Source: Hormiphora californensis
Taxonomy: Eukaryota; Animalia; Ctenophora
Direction of reading: 5' to 3'
NCBI GenBank assembly: GCA_020137815.1
Contig: CM035351.1
Span: forward strand, 9,424,001-9,488,000
Length of the DNA stretch: 64,000 nucleotides
Below are positions 37,155-52,000 of the stretch, piece by piece (within the stretch, counting starts at the first letter, position 1; every line of letters starts with the position of its first letter). The position numbers and the translations under genes were made by a program. The notes under the pieces were generated by a model, which worked only from the letters and a program-made list of their open reading frames with translations, ran no database searches and was not told the DNA's origin.

Positions 37155-40100
37155 CCTCTCTCCCCCTCTCTCTCGGTGTGAGTTAAGTGCACTAGATTGT
37201 TGGATTAGGCTACAGTAGACTCACTTTCAGAGACCTAATGCGTCATAGCATTCCTGGTTCTATTATTATTAAAGGTAGCTGCTGCTTTTAGGGAATATCC
37301 GACAAATTATAAGTCGCTAATGGGACGAGGGGGTGGGGGCCTCTTTAGTCTGGCCTTCTTGTTTCTCTATCTCACTAGATCTTAAAATAGCCATTTTTCT
37401 ACGGACCCCTCTTTAACAAAACCAACAAAGGATCTTCCTTCTTCATAACTCCAGTAATAGCCCCCTTCCCCAGGGGGTCATCTAGAACTCACCTCCCGCT
37501 CCTTCAAAGTAATGGTATCATCCTTGTGTTTCACCAGCCCCTCATAATACGAGGAGTAGGTTTGGAAGGTCAGTTTCTCATGCTGCATAAAGGTTGATCC
37601 CAGCTCATTCAGACACGTTTCTACCCAATCCTGAAAATAATATGGGAGTTAATAACACGGGAGGGGGGTCCAATGGATTTTCCATACCCCTCTGCATGAC
37701 AGGGAAATGGTTCTGAAGATTCTCATACGATATCATCATGTATGAGTATCGGCTATGTGTGGAGAACAGATATAAAATGTTATGAACACGACCCTCCTTG
37801 GCAATGTATCATAGGAGCAGGGATATATTGCCCCAATCACCAGGGACAAGGGGCCGGTTACCATGGTAACAGTATGAATTGATATGTACGTCACTTCTCT
37901 CCTCACTCTTCCTCTCCTTCTCTCCCCTCACACACTTCCTCTCCATGTTTTTCTCTATCTCTCTCCATCTCTATCTCTCTTCTACCGAATTGAATTTTCT
38001 GGTTCACCAAGTTCCAAGGTGGACAGCTGCTGCTAATCAGTGCCAATGGCTACTCACTGCTGATAAGATGAAGGTAGAGCTGTAGCGAAATTAATGAATT
38101 AACTCCCCCCACACCCAGCTCAACCTGCAGCTCTTGGATGAATTGCACCTGTCTAGAGGGGATCCTAGACACAACTCTCTTTCTAGCTGCTCCCACCTTT
38201 TCTGAGAGAGCATACATAGGAGGCAACCTGACCACCCAATAAACCAGAGCATGTGTCACAAAGTAGAGCTGTCAGTAGAGCAGCAATATTGCCATTCTGA
38301 TGGAGAATTACCCACAGTATCTCTCTCTCTCTCTCTCCCTCTCTCTCTAACCTTGTCAATAGTAAATCTAGAACCATCCACATCTGCTTTATGAAGGAGC
38401 TGGTTAGCGAAGTGTTGGATCATATCGGAGCGAGGTATCGTTATCGTATCCTTCGCAGAGTGTGTCTTCCATAGGTCTAATGGTAGACTTCCATCCTCCC
38501 TCAACTGTAAAGATATCAAACAGATTATGAACTGAGTCGTGACAACTAGTGATCCTACACTCTCGGGAAGGGGAAACATGTACCTTCTCAGCTTTAATGA
38601 GCGTCATGTCACGTTGGATCTTGTTGCATGTCTCCCTAATCATGTAACTCTCCAGATTCTCTAACAGCACAACCATCTGGGCCTCACGGGTATCAAACTC
38701 AGTGAGCAGCGAGAGTCTCCTGTCTATACTCATATCCTTTATCGACTCCTCTGAGTGTCCTGTGAACTAAAATTAGTAACTTGGTACGGAAACAATCCTT
38801 GCTGGTTTGACTAAACAATTCTCACCGTGACGTTTGTTGATGTGTGTTAGCAGGTTGAGAGCAGGTTCCAGCACCTGTTGCTGATACGCCTGGTTAACTA
38901 CGTGGTAATGCTTCGAATCAGTTATCTTTGAGAGGTTGAGATACCGTGCTCCCCAGTCCTTCTTTAACTGTTTGTACCTCACCGACATGAGAAGGAACTC
39001 TTGGAGGAAGAGGAGGGCTGACAAGGGATCCTGAGAGAGGGGGTTGTTACCATGGTTACAGGGAGAGAGATACAGGGCTCGACTAGTTTCGGGGTGTTTT
39101 AGAGCAGCAGGTGGTAGATGAGGTGTGATTGCCCTTTGTAATGGTGCATACAAAGAACCATATGGGACTAGCACTTTAGCTAATTGAGTGATAAATAGAG
39201 GAAGAGATGGAGAAGAACTGACAAACCAACTGACAAACCAATACACACCCAGTTCCCTTTACAACCCTTTATGTACTATGTTCTGGTATGTCTCTCTATA
39301 CCCAACACCGAGAGGGGTAGGTACAATAACTTGACCAATATTATAATGCCAGTATTTGTGGTCGGTTCAGGTCTTTACCTTGACATAGTTAACTTCATCT
39401 TGTAACAGGGGCTCATTATCAACAAGAGACATGTAATTGTGGTCCGTGGTCAGATCAGGTTCGGTTCCTGCTAGACTCCCCACTGCACTAGCTACCCGGG
39501 ATGAGGATGCTGATCCACCACCCACCGTTCCGACCTAGGAATTAGGTGTTGTCAGGGTGTTATCAGGGTGTTATCAGGGTGTTATCAGGGTGTTATTAGG
39601 TGTTATTAGGGTGTTATCAGAGGCAATAGCCAATAATTGTTGTCATGGTTATATGCTCTCAGGTAGAGTGGGGAGGGGTCAGGGGCGGGATATAATGCGG
39701 ATAGTTTGTACCATGGACAATGCCATGAGCAGAGTTGGAAGCTGTGTCACACGGTAGACAGAATGTAGCACCCTCTCTCACGATCAGTGCGCCACATTTT
39801 GACATACATAATGTGTTACACAGAAGGACATTCATTAGAACAGTAGGAGGGTCCCCCACACACACTCTCTGATCATTGCATGTAAAAGTGCTTAGTGCCA
39901 TTCATCACCATCCCCCCTCAGGTAGTAGGGGGGTCTACAGCAGCACCGGTTTGAAAGGACATGTGTCCTGAGACACAAGTACAGTCAGCTGATACAAATA
40001 ATACCCAACTTGATACAGCCATAATGAACTACCCAATCAATCCCTTATCCCATGAAAGTAGACTAATAAATTACACTGTACTACCAAACTCACGTTTATT

Positions 40101-40889
40101 GTTACTCATTAGGGAACTGAACAGGACTACATCGTAAGGGAAGTGTTCCTGGGGGACTGACTAGTGGGTGATTAGAGAGGTGTTTGTCTTGGCGTGCTCG
40201 ACCCTGATGTAGTACATCTTCCATCAGAAGGGACACCCCCACCACCTCCCCATTCGCAACATTCCTGAAGAGAGAGAGGGGGTCAGGGAGGTGCTTCATT
40301 CACTGCACAACTAATTGCTATGCTAACTGAAAGACAGAAAGCGTGTGTTTTTCTCTTTCCGGTGGGTATAGCAGTTCATATATCAGGAGTTAGTTTGGGA
40401 AACCTGTTAAGTTCGCTGAGTTGGGATAGTCCGACTGCAAGGAGAGAGGGGAGTCGTTCGCACTGCCAGTACAGGGAGGGAAGTGGCCCGTGGGATGTGG
40501 AGAAGGACCTGGAGAAGGTTAGGGTAGTTTAAATCTCGATGAGTTAGGCAATAGCAGATACCGTCTTGAATCTGTGTTTCTTTCTATTGTTAGTTCATTT
40601 ACTGTGGGTGACTTAATAATCTTTTACCGGTAAGGAAGGGTTTCAGTGAGCTGTTTGGGATGGAAATATCGGAGAGAGGGAAGGAGGGAGAGTAGACATC
40701 GTTGGGGTGTATCGCTCACGTTATAGGTAGTCTGACGAAGCGAGCCAGAGACGTCCTGGGGGAGGGTGAATGTGATGTAAATTAATAATTATGAGATTGC
40801 ATCGTGACAAGCAAATATGCCTCCCTTCTTCTTGACTCTTCTCTATCGCTCTCTCACTCTCTATCTCTCTCACTCTCTATCTCTCTATA

Positions 40890-40983
<94 letters not shown>

Positions 40984-41096
40984 TCTCTCTCTCTCTCTCA
41001 GCTCTGCTTTGGCTGCAAAACGAGATCCCAAGAGCTGGATGGTCTTCCCCCCTGCAAAGCGTTTACGTGTCAACACGCAATCAGCTTGAGAGGGAG

Positions 41097-41179
<83 letters not shown>

Positions 41180-44047
41180 GGACCAGGAAAGACCCTGATA
41201 AAAAAGATAGAGAGATAGATAGACGATGTAAACAAACATGAACCATGCTGCGTATGACAATATGGTAAAACGGACAGACGCATCTTTTGAGATCCCCCCA
41301 CGATGATTCCTGTGCTTACATAATGTAAGTGGTAGAGGAGAAAAGACGCAGAAATATGTGGAGAACGAGAGAGAATGAAGGAGAGAGAGAGAGATGGTGG
41401 GACCGAGAGAGATGGAGTGAGAGAGAACAAGCAAATTATATAGCGGATTATTACATGAAAGGCACGTTCGTTTCCCTTGGCCAAGAATGTCTCCGGAATA
41501 CAGTGGGCCAGAGTGAAGTAGTATTCTAAGAACATCACCCTCCTCTTGTGTTCAAAGTACTGTAAAATCTGAAAGGAGAATAGTATTGATATTGCAATGG
41601 GGATTGCAATTGGGAGGCTGGTATTGAGATGTGGAACACCGCGGTGGGGCACATCATTATAGGCCCTGAACAAGACTGAATTTAGTAACCGCGATGATAC
41701 CTCTTGAGGCGAGGTTGGGTTTTGTAGGTAACTCAGTTGAAGGTGCATTTCAGAGAGCTCGTGAGCAATTGCCTCAGGCCCACCCCAGTCTGCACCAACC
41801 GCCACATTGCAAGGATAACTGGAACCCAGCTTGGCCTTGCTCGCACCCATCTCCACATACGCTATCATGTACATACAGATATCATGGACACCTGGGGCGG
41901 TGGGGTGTTACATTTAGTAGAAGGGGGCATATTTTATATAACATCTTTCTGATATATCACACCTAGAGAACCATGACATAATAACTAATACAGGCCCAAG
42001 TGATGGATCATGTTGTGTACCTGATACGATGCTGAGGACAACCTCAAGGGCCTTCCTCCGTTGCTCCACCTCCAGGGTACTAAACATGCCCAGTATCTCT
42101 AGGTGGTGGGGCAGGTAGAACGCATTGACAACCTTGGTACCATCTCGGGAGAGCAAACACTTTGGCCTGCTCTTGAAGTAGCTGGTGGGGAGAGTGGGGG
42201 TGTTAGCACCCTTTAAAGGTGAGGGTAGTTATGTTTATGGGAGTCTTCCTAACGAAGAAAAAATAAGTATGGATCTAAGTGACCCCCGTGGTACTCACTG
42301 TTTGTCAATAGGAAACGATGGTTTTTCGTCTTCAGGTGAAGGCTCATCTGTTATGCATCCTATCTTGAAATGAGCATCCCTGACAAAATGTCATGATTAT
42401 TATGATATTATTTTCCCTATACAGAAGATTGAACATCATCACTAAGCTAGCTCATGACGACATTAGAGGGGAACACTCACCTAATATCAGGGAACTTGTC
42501 CAGGGCATTTGTCAGGCTCTGTACATATCGAGCAATCTCGACACGAAGGGAGAACACAGACATGGCATCGTGTAGATTCTCACAGTAGTTGTTGACTGTC
42601 TCCTGTTTTAGTGCTATCACCTTGTCCCTCTCTCGACCAATCTTTACAGATGTACGAACAAACTCTTTTACCATGTTGTCCCTGTAGATCAGTAAGTTAG
42701 TTTTGGTTATTAGCATTGCTAGCAATGTCGGAAAAAAGCCGGTTCAATTCTGGATTACAGGGCGAGATTAATCATCTGGTATCTGGTATAGGTAGGTACA
42801 CACCTGACTGGATTCTGAGAGAGTTGAAGAGACACGTAGTAGTCGCTTGTTTTGATTTGGCGACTACTTGTTGTTGGTCTACCAGCTCGAGATGGCTGTT
42901 TCCTGGAAGGGGGATACAGTTAGCAAATGGTTGTCATGGAACTAACTGAAACATGGTAACTAACATTGATGCGAGAGGGAAGCACAGTTGATTGTGGGCC
43001 ACTGCGATAAAGAGGTTGTTTCGTTGAACAAGCTGTGTCTTTAGGGCCAGTTGAAGGTTGGTTATTCCGTGTAAAATCAACATCTAAAACAGAGTAAAAA
43101 CAGATGGTTACCAGTATTAGCTGAGTCACCATGGTTGCCATGGTTACTACATACCTTTATAACGCTATCCTTGGTGTGGAATTGTATCGTCCCTAGATCC
43201 TTCTCGTCTAGTTCTTGGAGGGCAAGGGAACACGCACTAGGCACATACCTGGGGGGGGGGGGGGGGTGATTGGGATATCAGCAGTAGAGAATATCGGTTA
43301 TTCCATGCTCCTTCATTATACTCCCTCTGAGAGTGGGGGAGCTGGAAAGACACACCACTGAATCATGCTCATATTATCACAGATCAGTAGAGGTAGAATT
43401 CAGGAGCTGTATCACACAGAAGACACACACACAAAACTTTGTTTTACCTATCAGCCATAGCCAACAACCGTTCCCTATATGATCAGTTTGGAGTTATGTG
43501 ACGTCATGTGTAGGATACGTGACGTCAAGTAGGGACTACTACAACACTGTCAAGTTGGAATTGATACCCAACAGTTCGTTACCATGGTAAAACCCCCTCA
43601 AATCTCTCACCTGTCTAAAGTAATATCGTCGTCCCCACCGAAACTGGATTTAGCTTCCGAGGTGCTACCGCTTTCAAAAGCAACAGGTCGGATGTGAGCA
43701 TGGTGCTGCTCAAAGCCAAGTTCCCTCGACTGGCTCTTGTACAATTTCATCAGGAGATCCGTCTCTATCAGGGCCTGTTGTAACCGACTTTTCAGAAGCA
43801 CAACCTGCAAAGATGATAGAAGGATATTGGGATAATGAATCACATAATGAATATATGAATCTCCCCCTCTATCTGTATCTTTCTCTCTCCCCCTCTCTAT
43901 ATCTCTCTTTTTCTCTATCTCTCTTTTCTATTTATTTCATCCTTCTCGGTTGTACTGCACCATCGACAACATAACTTTCTTACTCTCATCACTTGCACCC
44001 AAAGTTTGATTGCATCAAAGAGGAGCATAGAAAGAGAGAGAGAGAGA

Positions 44048-44129
<82 letters not shown>

Positions 44130-45932
44130 GAGAAATACTGTATCTCTCTTTGCACCACCACAAGATATGCATCCAATTGATGAAAATGAGAAAATTACGA
44201 CATGTAGGCCAAGGACATGGCATTGTAAGGTCTCGCCCTACTACAAGTCACTCTTTTTAATTGTAAAATCTCAATTAAAAGACCTACTACACAGCCTCGT
44301 AATCACAATTTCTTAACCGCGATTACTCCAGAGCAGTCTACTTAATTACACGAGTAGTACTTTGTTCACCGATTAACAATGTGACTCCCACGTCTACGTG
44401 CATGTAAAACTTCCTGTTTATTTATTTCATAGAAAAAAGATCTATATAATTCATCCACCACAACCAATACCATACGTACAATATGTCTCCATTACCTCCA
44501 TACCAATACTATACATGTCTCCATTACCTCCATAACGTGTGACCAGGCGGAGACCCGCTGCTGGTGCAGAAGGGACCGGGAGGGGTGTCTGGATTGCGTG
44601 CTGAGTGCCGCTACCACGTTCTTCTCGTGTTGAGCAGCAATAGCGTGCAGGAATGACGGGCTGGCAGTCACGTGACTAGTCAACACCTGCAGAGAGAGAC
44701 AGTGGGGACTATTGTAAATAGGGGTAATGATTGCATAGAAAGTATAGATGAAGTGCTTATCATTGTCTGAACGATTCGTAGAGAAGAAATCTCCATCATA
44801 TATATCGAGTATTGTAAACACTGGTAAAGAATAAATGCATCGAACTATAGTATCCTACATACAAGCTAGGGGCCGGGCCTCTAGACCCCCTTTCAGGGCA
44901 CCTAGCAAGTGATGTCCTTACCTGTCCTTGTACAGCCTCTGAGTATGAGTTACCCCAAGAGTCCATGTTTACCCACTCCACCTTACAGGCCTCCATGATC
45001 TGACGGTGTAGGGACAGGATCTGACCGGTCGAGGTTGGGTTCTCGTTCGATTGGAGCTCCTAGGGAGAAGGGGTGAGAATTAGAATGTGATCTTGAGAGA
45101 AGAGGTGAGAATTAGAATGAGATCTTGTGAGAAGGGGTGGGAAATGGGGTTTGAGAATGAATGAGGAGTAGAGAGAATATACTGCAGTTCTTGAAGGATA
45201 AATCACTTTGCTATTGCATGTGGTCGAATAATGCCTACATATTCAACAGGTCTTGTGGATGAAACACTAGTCTAAGAGCGCTGTTTATAAAAAGTATAAT
45301 ACAATCATGACAATACATAAATCGACAGTAGTAGGTCTTTATTAACTACTAATCCCACTACCATGACACAATGAAACCTCATGATGTCCTGATACCCTCG
45401 TCCCTCCTTCTACTCAGCCCAGAAAAGTAGCCCCCCCCCCCTAATTTATGTACCTGAAAGGCGTGCTCAATTGCCACAGGAACATCCACCACCTTGGCAA
45501 GGGAGTTACAGAACTCTAGGAAGAATGTCGGTTGTAGCATTATGCAGTTGTGAGTCACGGAGATGGGTAGTTTCTCAATCAGGGGAAATGGTAGTCCTCC
45601 TGATACTGGGGGGATTGTTGAGTCAGGAGGAGAGAGGGGGTGTTATGTCACTATGGATACTGAGTGCTTAGGGTATCGGATATATTCGTTATGTCGATTT
45701 TTGGCAAATTGAGATCTAGTCTAGCGCCCCATTAGACTTGTATAACAAAGGGTAGTGAGGGATCATAACTTACATCCATTAAGGTCGGTGGCGGTGGCAC
45801 CAGCGCAAAACATTCTCTCTCGTTCAATCTGGTAAATCAAATGTCAACTACTAGATTGTACAAGAGGGCTGGCACATGTGCAACTACCCTCTGACTAATT
45901 AGGAGCATGATTTGGAGACAGAAGGAAATCTT

Positions 45933-46003
<71 letters not shown>

Positions 46004-49000
46004 GGAGAGAGAATATAGCGACCCATCTTACCAGAGAGTTTGCCATCTCCTGGGTAAGGGAAGATAGTTGAGCCAGGATCTGGCACTCATTGATGTAGGT
46101 CCGAACAAAATACGGGGCCGACACGTCGTATCTTGGACGAAGGTACATCACATTCACTATTGCCTGGTGATGGGTTTTCAGGGTTCAGTGAGGACCTTGT
46201 CATGAGATATTCTGGGGGGGTTCCGGCCGGAATTTATGAGGATTTTTGAGGTCACCTCAAAAATCCTCATTTATTATTTGCTGGACAAGCCCTCAAAAAT
46301 CCTCAAAAATCCTCAAAAATCCTCAAAAATTTTTCGTTCTATTTAAACATAAACACAGCAAATGCCTGATAAAAAACAATAATAGATTATATTTTAGATG
46401 TAGCTGATTGTCCTTGCCTCGGATAGTGCTCTACTCACCAGGAGGAGCTGTTTACAAATAAAAACAAGGAAGTTTAGTTCAACAGTTTACACATGTTTCA
46501 ATACAAAATTGTATTTCATCAGAACTGAATCACACTTGTCCCGTTCCAGGTTTCTTGCTTGCTCCTTCATAAAGCCATCCAATTAGAGATTGTATTTCTT
46601 GTGATGTCTGCAACTACCCATGATCTCGCTTCTCCGGTTTAGGAGTTGGTGGTTCCTGGACTCCGTCAAAATCTCCATCTTCTCGGTAGTGCACAGGTCA
46701 CAGAACCGATCCCCAATTCTGTACGGTCTTCCCTTTTTCCTCACTTTCCAAGTGATCCCGAATGTGATCCCCCTGTCCTTCAACTCCCACACCTTTTCAG
46801 ACAGCCTTGTAGATGTTCTTTTTTCGGAGTTGTTGAATGTGTGCTTGTGCTGGCTGAATCGGGTTTTAAATGAGTTCCCTGTTAACCCGATGTAGAGAAA
46901 TTTCTGGTTGCAGCTGGTCTTCAGTTGAGCTTCGTATACCAATGATTCGGTGAGGCACTTTCCATCTAATGGACAACTTCCCTTGTCCTTACAGTTGCAT
47001 AATTTATCAGGCACATCTGTTGGTTTCGGGCCCCCATGTGTGAGTTTTTTGTTGTGGGCCTTTATCCTCGATTCCATGTTTTTCATGCAACTGTATGATA
47101 CCTTGAGAGTGTTTTTGTTGAAGATCTGGCTGTAAACGTGTCCTGCTGGAAAGTGTCTTGCCACTAAACCAAGAAACTTTCGTCCCAGGTCCGTTTCAAC
47201 ATCCACAGAAAATGGTGGGTTAAACCATATTACCCTTCGCCGTCCTTTCCTTTTCTTTTCCCCTTTTCTCGCCACGTCTTTATATTCCGTTGAGAAGCCC
47301 TTGTAACCACTCTGCTCCAAAGCTCCTTGGTAGTGATATCGTGCCGCTTGGAAAGCACTTGGACTGGATGACAATCGTCTTATGCGATCCATTACCATGT
47401 CAGGGATGTTCTTCAGCACAGTTGGCGGATGGTTGGATGAGCTATGAACATAATTCGAGGTTTTTCCATCCTTGCGAAATGGCATGAATGTACCATCATT
47501 TCTCATCGTGGTGTCAAGAAAGTTGATGTACTCCGATGGCATTGATACCTCGATTTTCAACCCTTCCTCCTGGAAGATTGATATCAAATCTTTCCTGATC
47601 CTCTCCATTTTGGGTCCGTTTGGCTCTTCCACGATGATCAGCCCATCATCCCTGTACAACCCATGGCTCTCTTTTGGGATACAGCTCGAGACCTTGTTGA
47701 GCATGTATAGACCCACAATTTCGCATGTTTCAGCTCCATCGTAGGCCCCCATAGTGACATCGAAAATGGACTCTTTCCTGTGCCATATTTCCCCATTCAT
47801 GTCAAACAACATTGACTTTCGACTGTGATGTATGACCTCCCAATCCTCCTCACTAATATCTATGAACTGCCCAACAAACCGGAGAGCCCTGTCCAGCAGC
47901 TCCTCCCCAATTGAAGGGTAAAATGCTTCTATGTCATACGAAATGAACTTGAACCCATTAGATCTTTTTCCCTTAAACCATTGCAGTACTTCATCCGTTC
48001 CCCTCCACTGGTTGCACATCAATTTCGGTCTGAGTTTTGATGTTATTCTCTCCAAGATGACCTTGCTCACTTTACCCAAACTAGACTTTGCTGGATTAAT
48101 CAGCCTCGTTTGTAACTTGGCTTCAAACCCGGGCTTGTGGTCCTTCATCAAAATGAATGCTGAGCCGCTCTGGTATTGCTGAACCCTCCCATTGAGCTTT
48201 AATTTCGATGCGATAACAGATGCTTCGGTGTTTCAGCAACTCAACCGCATCGTCAGGGGCTTTCCTGTACTCAGCAGTGATAGCCTTTCTGCAGAGTCCC
48301 TGGTATTTCTTGACAGGCATCTCATAGAAATTACCTGTTTTGTCTGCAGGAACTATCACATTTGGCGATGATTTAATGGAGTTCATGTCTCTGTCCAATT
48401 TGTCGAGGAACTCATTGTTGTGCCTCCTGAACCTGATTGCAGACACAAGTTTAAAAAGGTCTTTCTCGAACGGAATCAAATTCTTGACCACGGGAGCCCT
48501 GGTCCCAGTCCTCAACCCATACTTCTCATCCACGACCTTATTCTCCACTTCCTCCTCCCCCTGCTTCTCAAAAAAGAAAGCTCTCCATCTTACCCTCGAA
48601 ACGAAATCCTCCACCCTGTTGATCAGTGATTTTAAGTATTCCTGATGGGAACCCCTTGGAACGTTCTTTAGTGAGTATTCGAACTGTAACTTCTTCATCA
48701 TTGGCGTGGCAATGGAGATAGTGCTCTATTCACCGAAATGAAGAGCGTAGATAGCTGATTGTCCTTGCCTCGGATAGTGCTCTACTCACCAGGAGGAGCT
48801 GTTTACAAATAAAAACAAGGAAGTTTAGTTCAACAGTTTACACATGTTTCAATACAAAATTGTATTTCATCAGAACTGAATCACACTTGTCCCGTTCCAG
48901 GTTTCTTGCTTGCTCCTTCATAAAGCCATCCAATTAGAGATTGTATTTCTTGTGATGTCTGCAACTACCCATGATCTCGCTTCTCCGGTTTAGGAGTTGG

Positions 49001-52000
49001 TGGTTCCTGGACTCCGTCAAAATCTCCATCTTCTCGGTAGTGCACAGGTCACAGAACCGATCCCCAATTCTGTACGGTCTTCCCTTTTTCCTCACTTTCC
49101 AAGTGATCCCGAATGTGATCCCCCTGTCCTTCAACTCCCACACCTTTTCAGACAGCCTTGTAGATGTTCTTTTTTCGGAGTTGTTGAATGTGTGCTTGTG
49201 CTGGCTGAATCGGGTTTTAAATGAGTTCCCTGTTAACCCGATGTAGAGAAATTTCTGGTTGCAGCTGGTCTTCAGTTGAGCTTCGTATACCAATGATTCG
49301 GTGAGGCACTTTCCATCTAATGGACAACTTCCCTTGTCCTTACAGTTGCATAATTTATCAGGCACATCTGTTGGTTTCGGGCCCCCATGTGTGAGTTTTT
49401 TGTTGTGGGCCTTTATCCTCGATTCCATGTTTTTCATGCAACTGTATGATACCTTGAGAGTGTTTTTGTTGAAGATCTGGCTGTAAACGTGTCCTGCTGG
49501 AAAGTGTCTTGCCACTAAACCAAGAAACTTTCGTCCCAGGTCCGTTTCAACATCCACAGAAAATGGTGGGTTAAACCATATTACCCTTCGCCGTCCTTTC
49601 CTTTTCTTTTCCCCTTTTCTCGCCACACAAGTGTGATTCAGTTCTGATGAAATACAATTTTGTATTGAAACATGTGTAAACTGTTGAACTAAACTTCCTT
49701 GTTTTTATTTGTATTTTAGATGTATAAAATGCACTGATTATCAATTCAAGTGCTCTTGCCTGTGCTCTTTGGCTTCCCACACTTGAAGCACTGCTTTCTT
49801 TTAGCAAAGTTATTAACTTCACATGCTTGACAAGACCCCGGTGCCCAGATTTTCAAAGTTTTAGATAAATACGATTTTCAGTCAAATATGCTGCCAACTT
49901 TGTCCCAAAAATCAACGATTTTGCTGCCTAGTAAGATAAATGCCTAGAAAATTTTTAGAAATCATTTATAAATCATTTATAAAGTTTTCAAAAGTTTTTA
50001 AAAAAGTGTCCCCACCCGGGCCCGGTCGGGAATCGAACCCGGGCCTCACGCGTCAGAGTGGAGGCAGCACAGGCAGCACAAATTTACCCCATATTTACAT
50101 TGACGATTTCGCCTCATTTTGAGGACTTTTGAGGATGTTTTTAGGACCATCACCAGGGTATTTGGGAAATTTGTCTAACTGTTTTACTCCTATTAAGGAA
50201 TGTGTATTGTGTATGCCCAATAATATGCGTAATAGTCAAAGATTTTGTAAAAACTATAAAATAATTGTTGAGGATTATTGAGGATTTTTGAGGATTTTTG
50301 AGGGCCCTCATTAATTCCAAAAACGCTGGACAAGACCTCATCCTCATTAATTATTGGCCGGCACCCCCCCGATATTCTGAAGTCGAATGGGAGCATAGAC
50401 GTAGCGCGCGAGAGGTTCAGTGAAATGAAACACTGCAACTTGATAAACAGATTGGCACGTGCGCGCTGCGCAAACAGACTCCGCCATCGGCACTTGCTCA
50501 CTGTCACACTCAGACACATTTGTATCTCGTTCGAAGTTGTTGCACCACTGAAATCTCTTACCTGGGCTATTTTCCGTTTTTGTTCCACACTCCACACGTG
50601 ATGATAAATTTCCATGTAACAGTCAACCAACTGAAACAGAGGGGTTCTTAAAACTTAATAACAACCCTATTATATCAATCTTGTCAGGCTAGACTGTGTT
50701 TCGGGCGCCCCGCCCCCGAAACAAATGTAAAGGGAGGGTAAGAACATAACAATATTAATCACAGTCTATGTAAAGATGATGAAATAATTCAGAGCCCGGG
50801 CCATTACCTTTTTCTTGTTTCGCTGGAAGGCCACTTCCTGACTCCAAATATCAAGGAGCACAGCGGTCCTATCTATCTGTACATGACTGTAGGCAACTAG
50901 GTCCACTACCATCGATGGGTGTTTCTATTGGGGGGGGGGGGGGTGTGTTATATGTGGTGTGGGCCTGGGGGGGGGGGTGCTATGTTGTATTTGGGGGTGG
51001 GACGTGGTGCTACAAATTGAGAGATCACCCACCAGTAGTCGTGATGTAGTGAAAGCAGAGTTCCTCCTAGGCAGTGGGTTTTGGGCTTCATCATCCTTCA
51101 CTCTGTATTCCTTATCCTTGGACACGTAGTGCGTGGAAACAAGTATCAGCTCCGACTCGAGTTCCCTGAAGGGGGAAAGAGGGAACGTAATATCGGGAAA
51201 TGCAGTTAGTTGTAGAAGGGATCTTCACATTGACCCGCCAGCCCATCTCATACAGCATTCTATGGGTACCTGCACTTGCCTATGATAACCCCTTACAATA
51301 CACACAAGCATGCTAGTACATAAAGCATGTATCATGTTGTGCACACTGTTGTAGCTAGAATCATTAGCTACACATTATGGGGAGATGCTCTAAAACGATG
51401 CCTGTAAATCTACCAGCTTCCTTTGTTCGGTAAGTTCTGAACAATCCTTAGAACTCTCTCAGAACTGCTCATGGTAACAACAATGAGCAGTAAAAGCGGC
51501 TTCTACTAGAAGCCTCGTATCTACTAAATTCTTTAGAGCTTCAGATAATATACAAACACTACTTACTTGAGTGCCTCTAAGGCAGACTGGTACATAACAA
51601 AATATCCAGCACTGTCCTGGGTATGAGGTATACCCTCCTGCTCGCTATAGAAATCCTCTCTGTTCTCCGTCTCTCCGTTCTCAAAGTACTCATACATCTT
51701 CTGTCTGGGGAATAAAGGGGGTGTAATGAGGGATTCATTTATATAGACTGTTTCTGGAAGTGTTTCTGTTCATAATCAATACCTAACCTAACAGTAGGTT
51801 GCTGATGCTGCACTGTGGGTGCACTGTCAGTCAGGCCAACAGTCTGACCGCAGTTCACGGCCGCCAATGCTCTGACAAGCATTGCTAGCAGAGGAAACTT
51901 ACATATGTTCGATTCGGGTATTGTGAATAAAGGAGGAGTCTGATCTACCGATATCTCCATCCTTCTTTTTATCCCAATTTCCCGATAAATCCATGTTTAT

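Larger units (their letters stand above)
46403..49711 (-). mobile_element. Penelope-like element (Naiad-type): full copy + partial tandem (pLTR) + short inverted piece
   Basis: 48754-49626 duplicates 46403-47275 (offset 2351); 49627-49711 is an inverted copy of the 3' end; TSD tattttagatgta at 46390-46402 and 49712-49724. Confidence 0.92.
46163..50158. mobile_element. Non-autonomous CACTA/EnSpm-like element hosting the Penelope insertion
   Basis: Inverted termini cctggtgatgg (46163) / ccatcaccagg (50147-50157); subterminal (cctcaaaaat)n / (gaggattttt)n repeats; a related inverted block at 50260-50380. Confidence 0.55.

Noticed and set aside
40804-41874. Long ORFs with SLSL/RERE runs
   Set aside because: Translations of (CT)/(AG) microsatellites, partly fused to real exons.
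46528-46582. SECIS / selenoprotein Naiad
   Set aside because: No in-frame TGA in the ORF, and the ATGA...TGAT segment lacks a complementary helix.
50021-50072. tRNA gene
   Set aside because: Only a T-arm/B-box is present; no D-arm or acceptor pairing seen.
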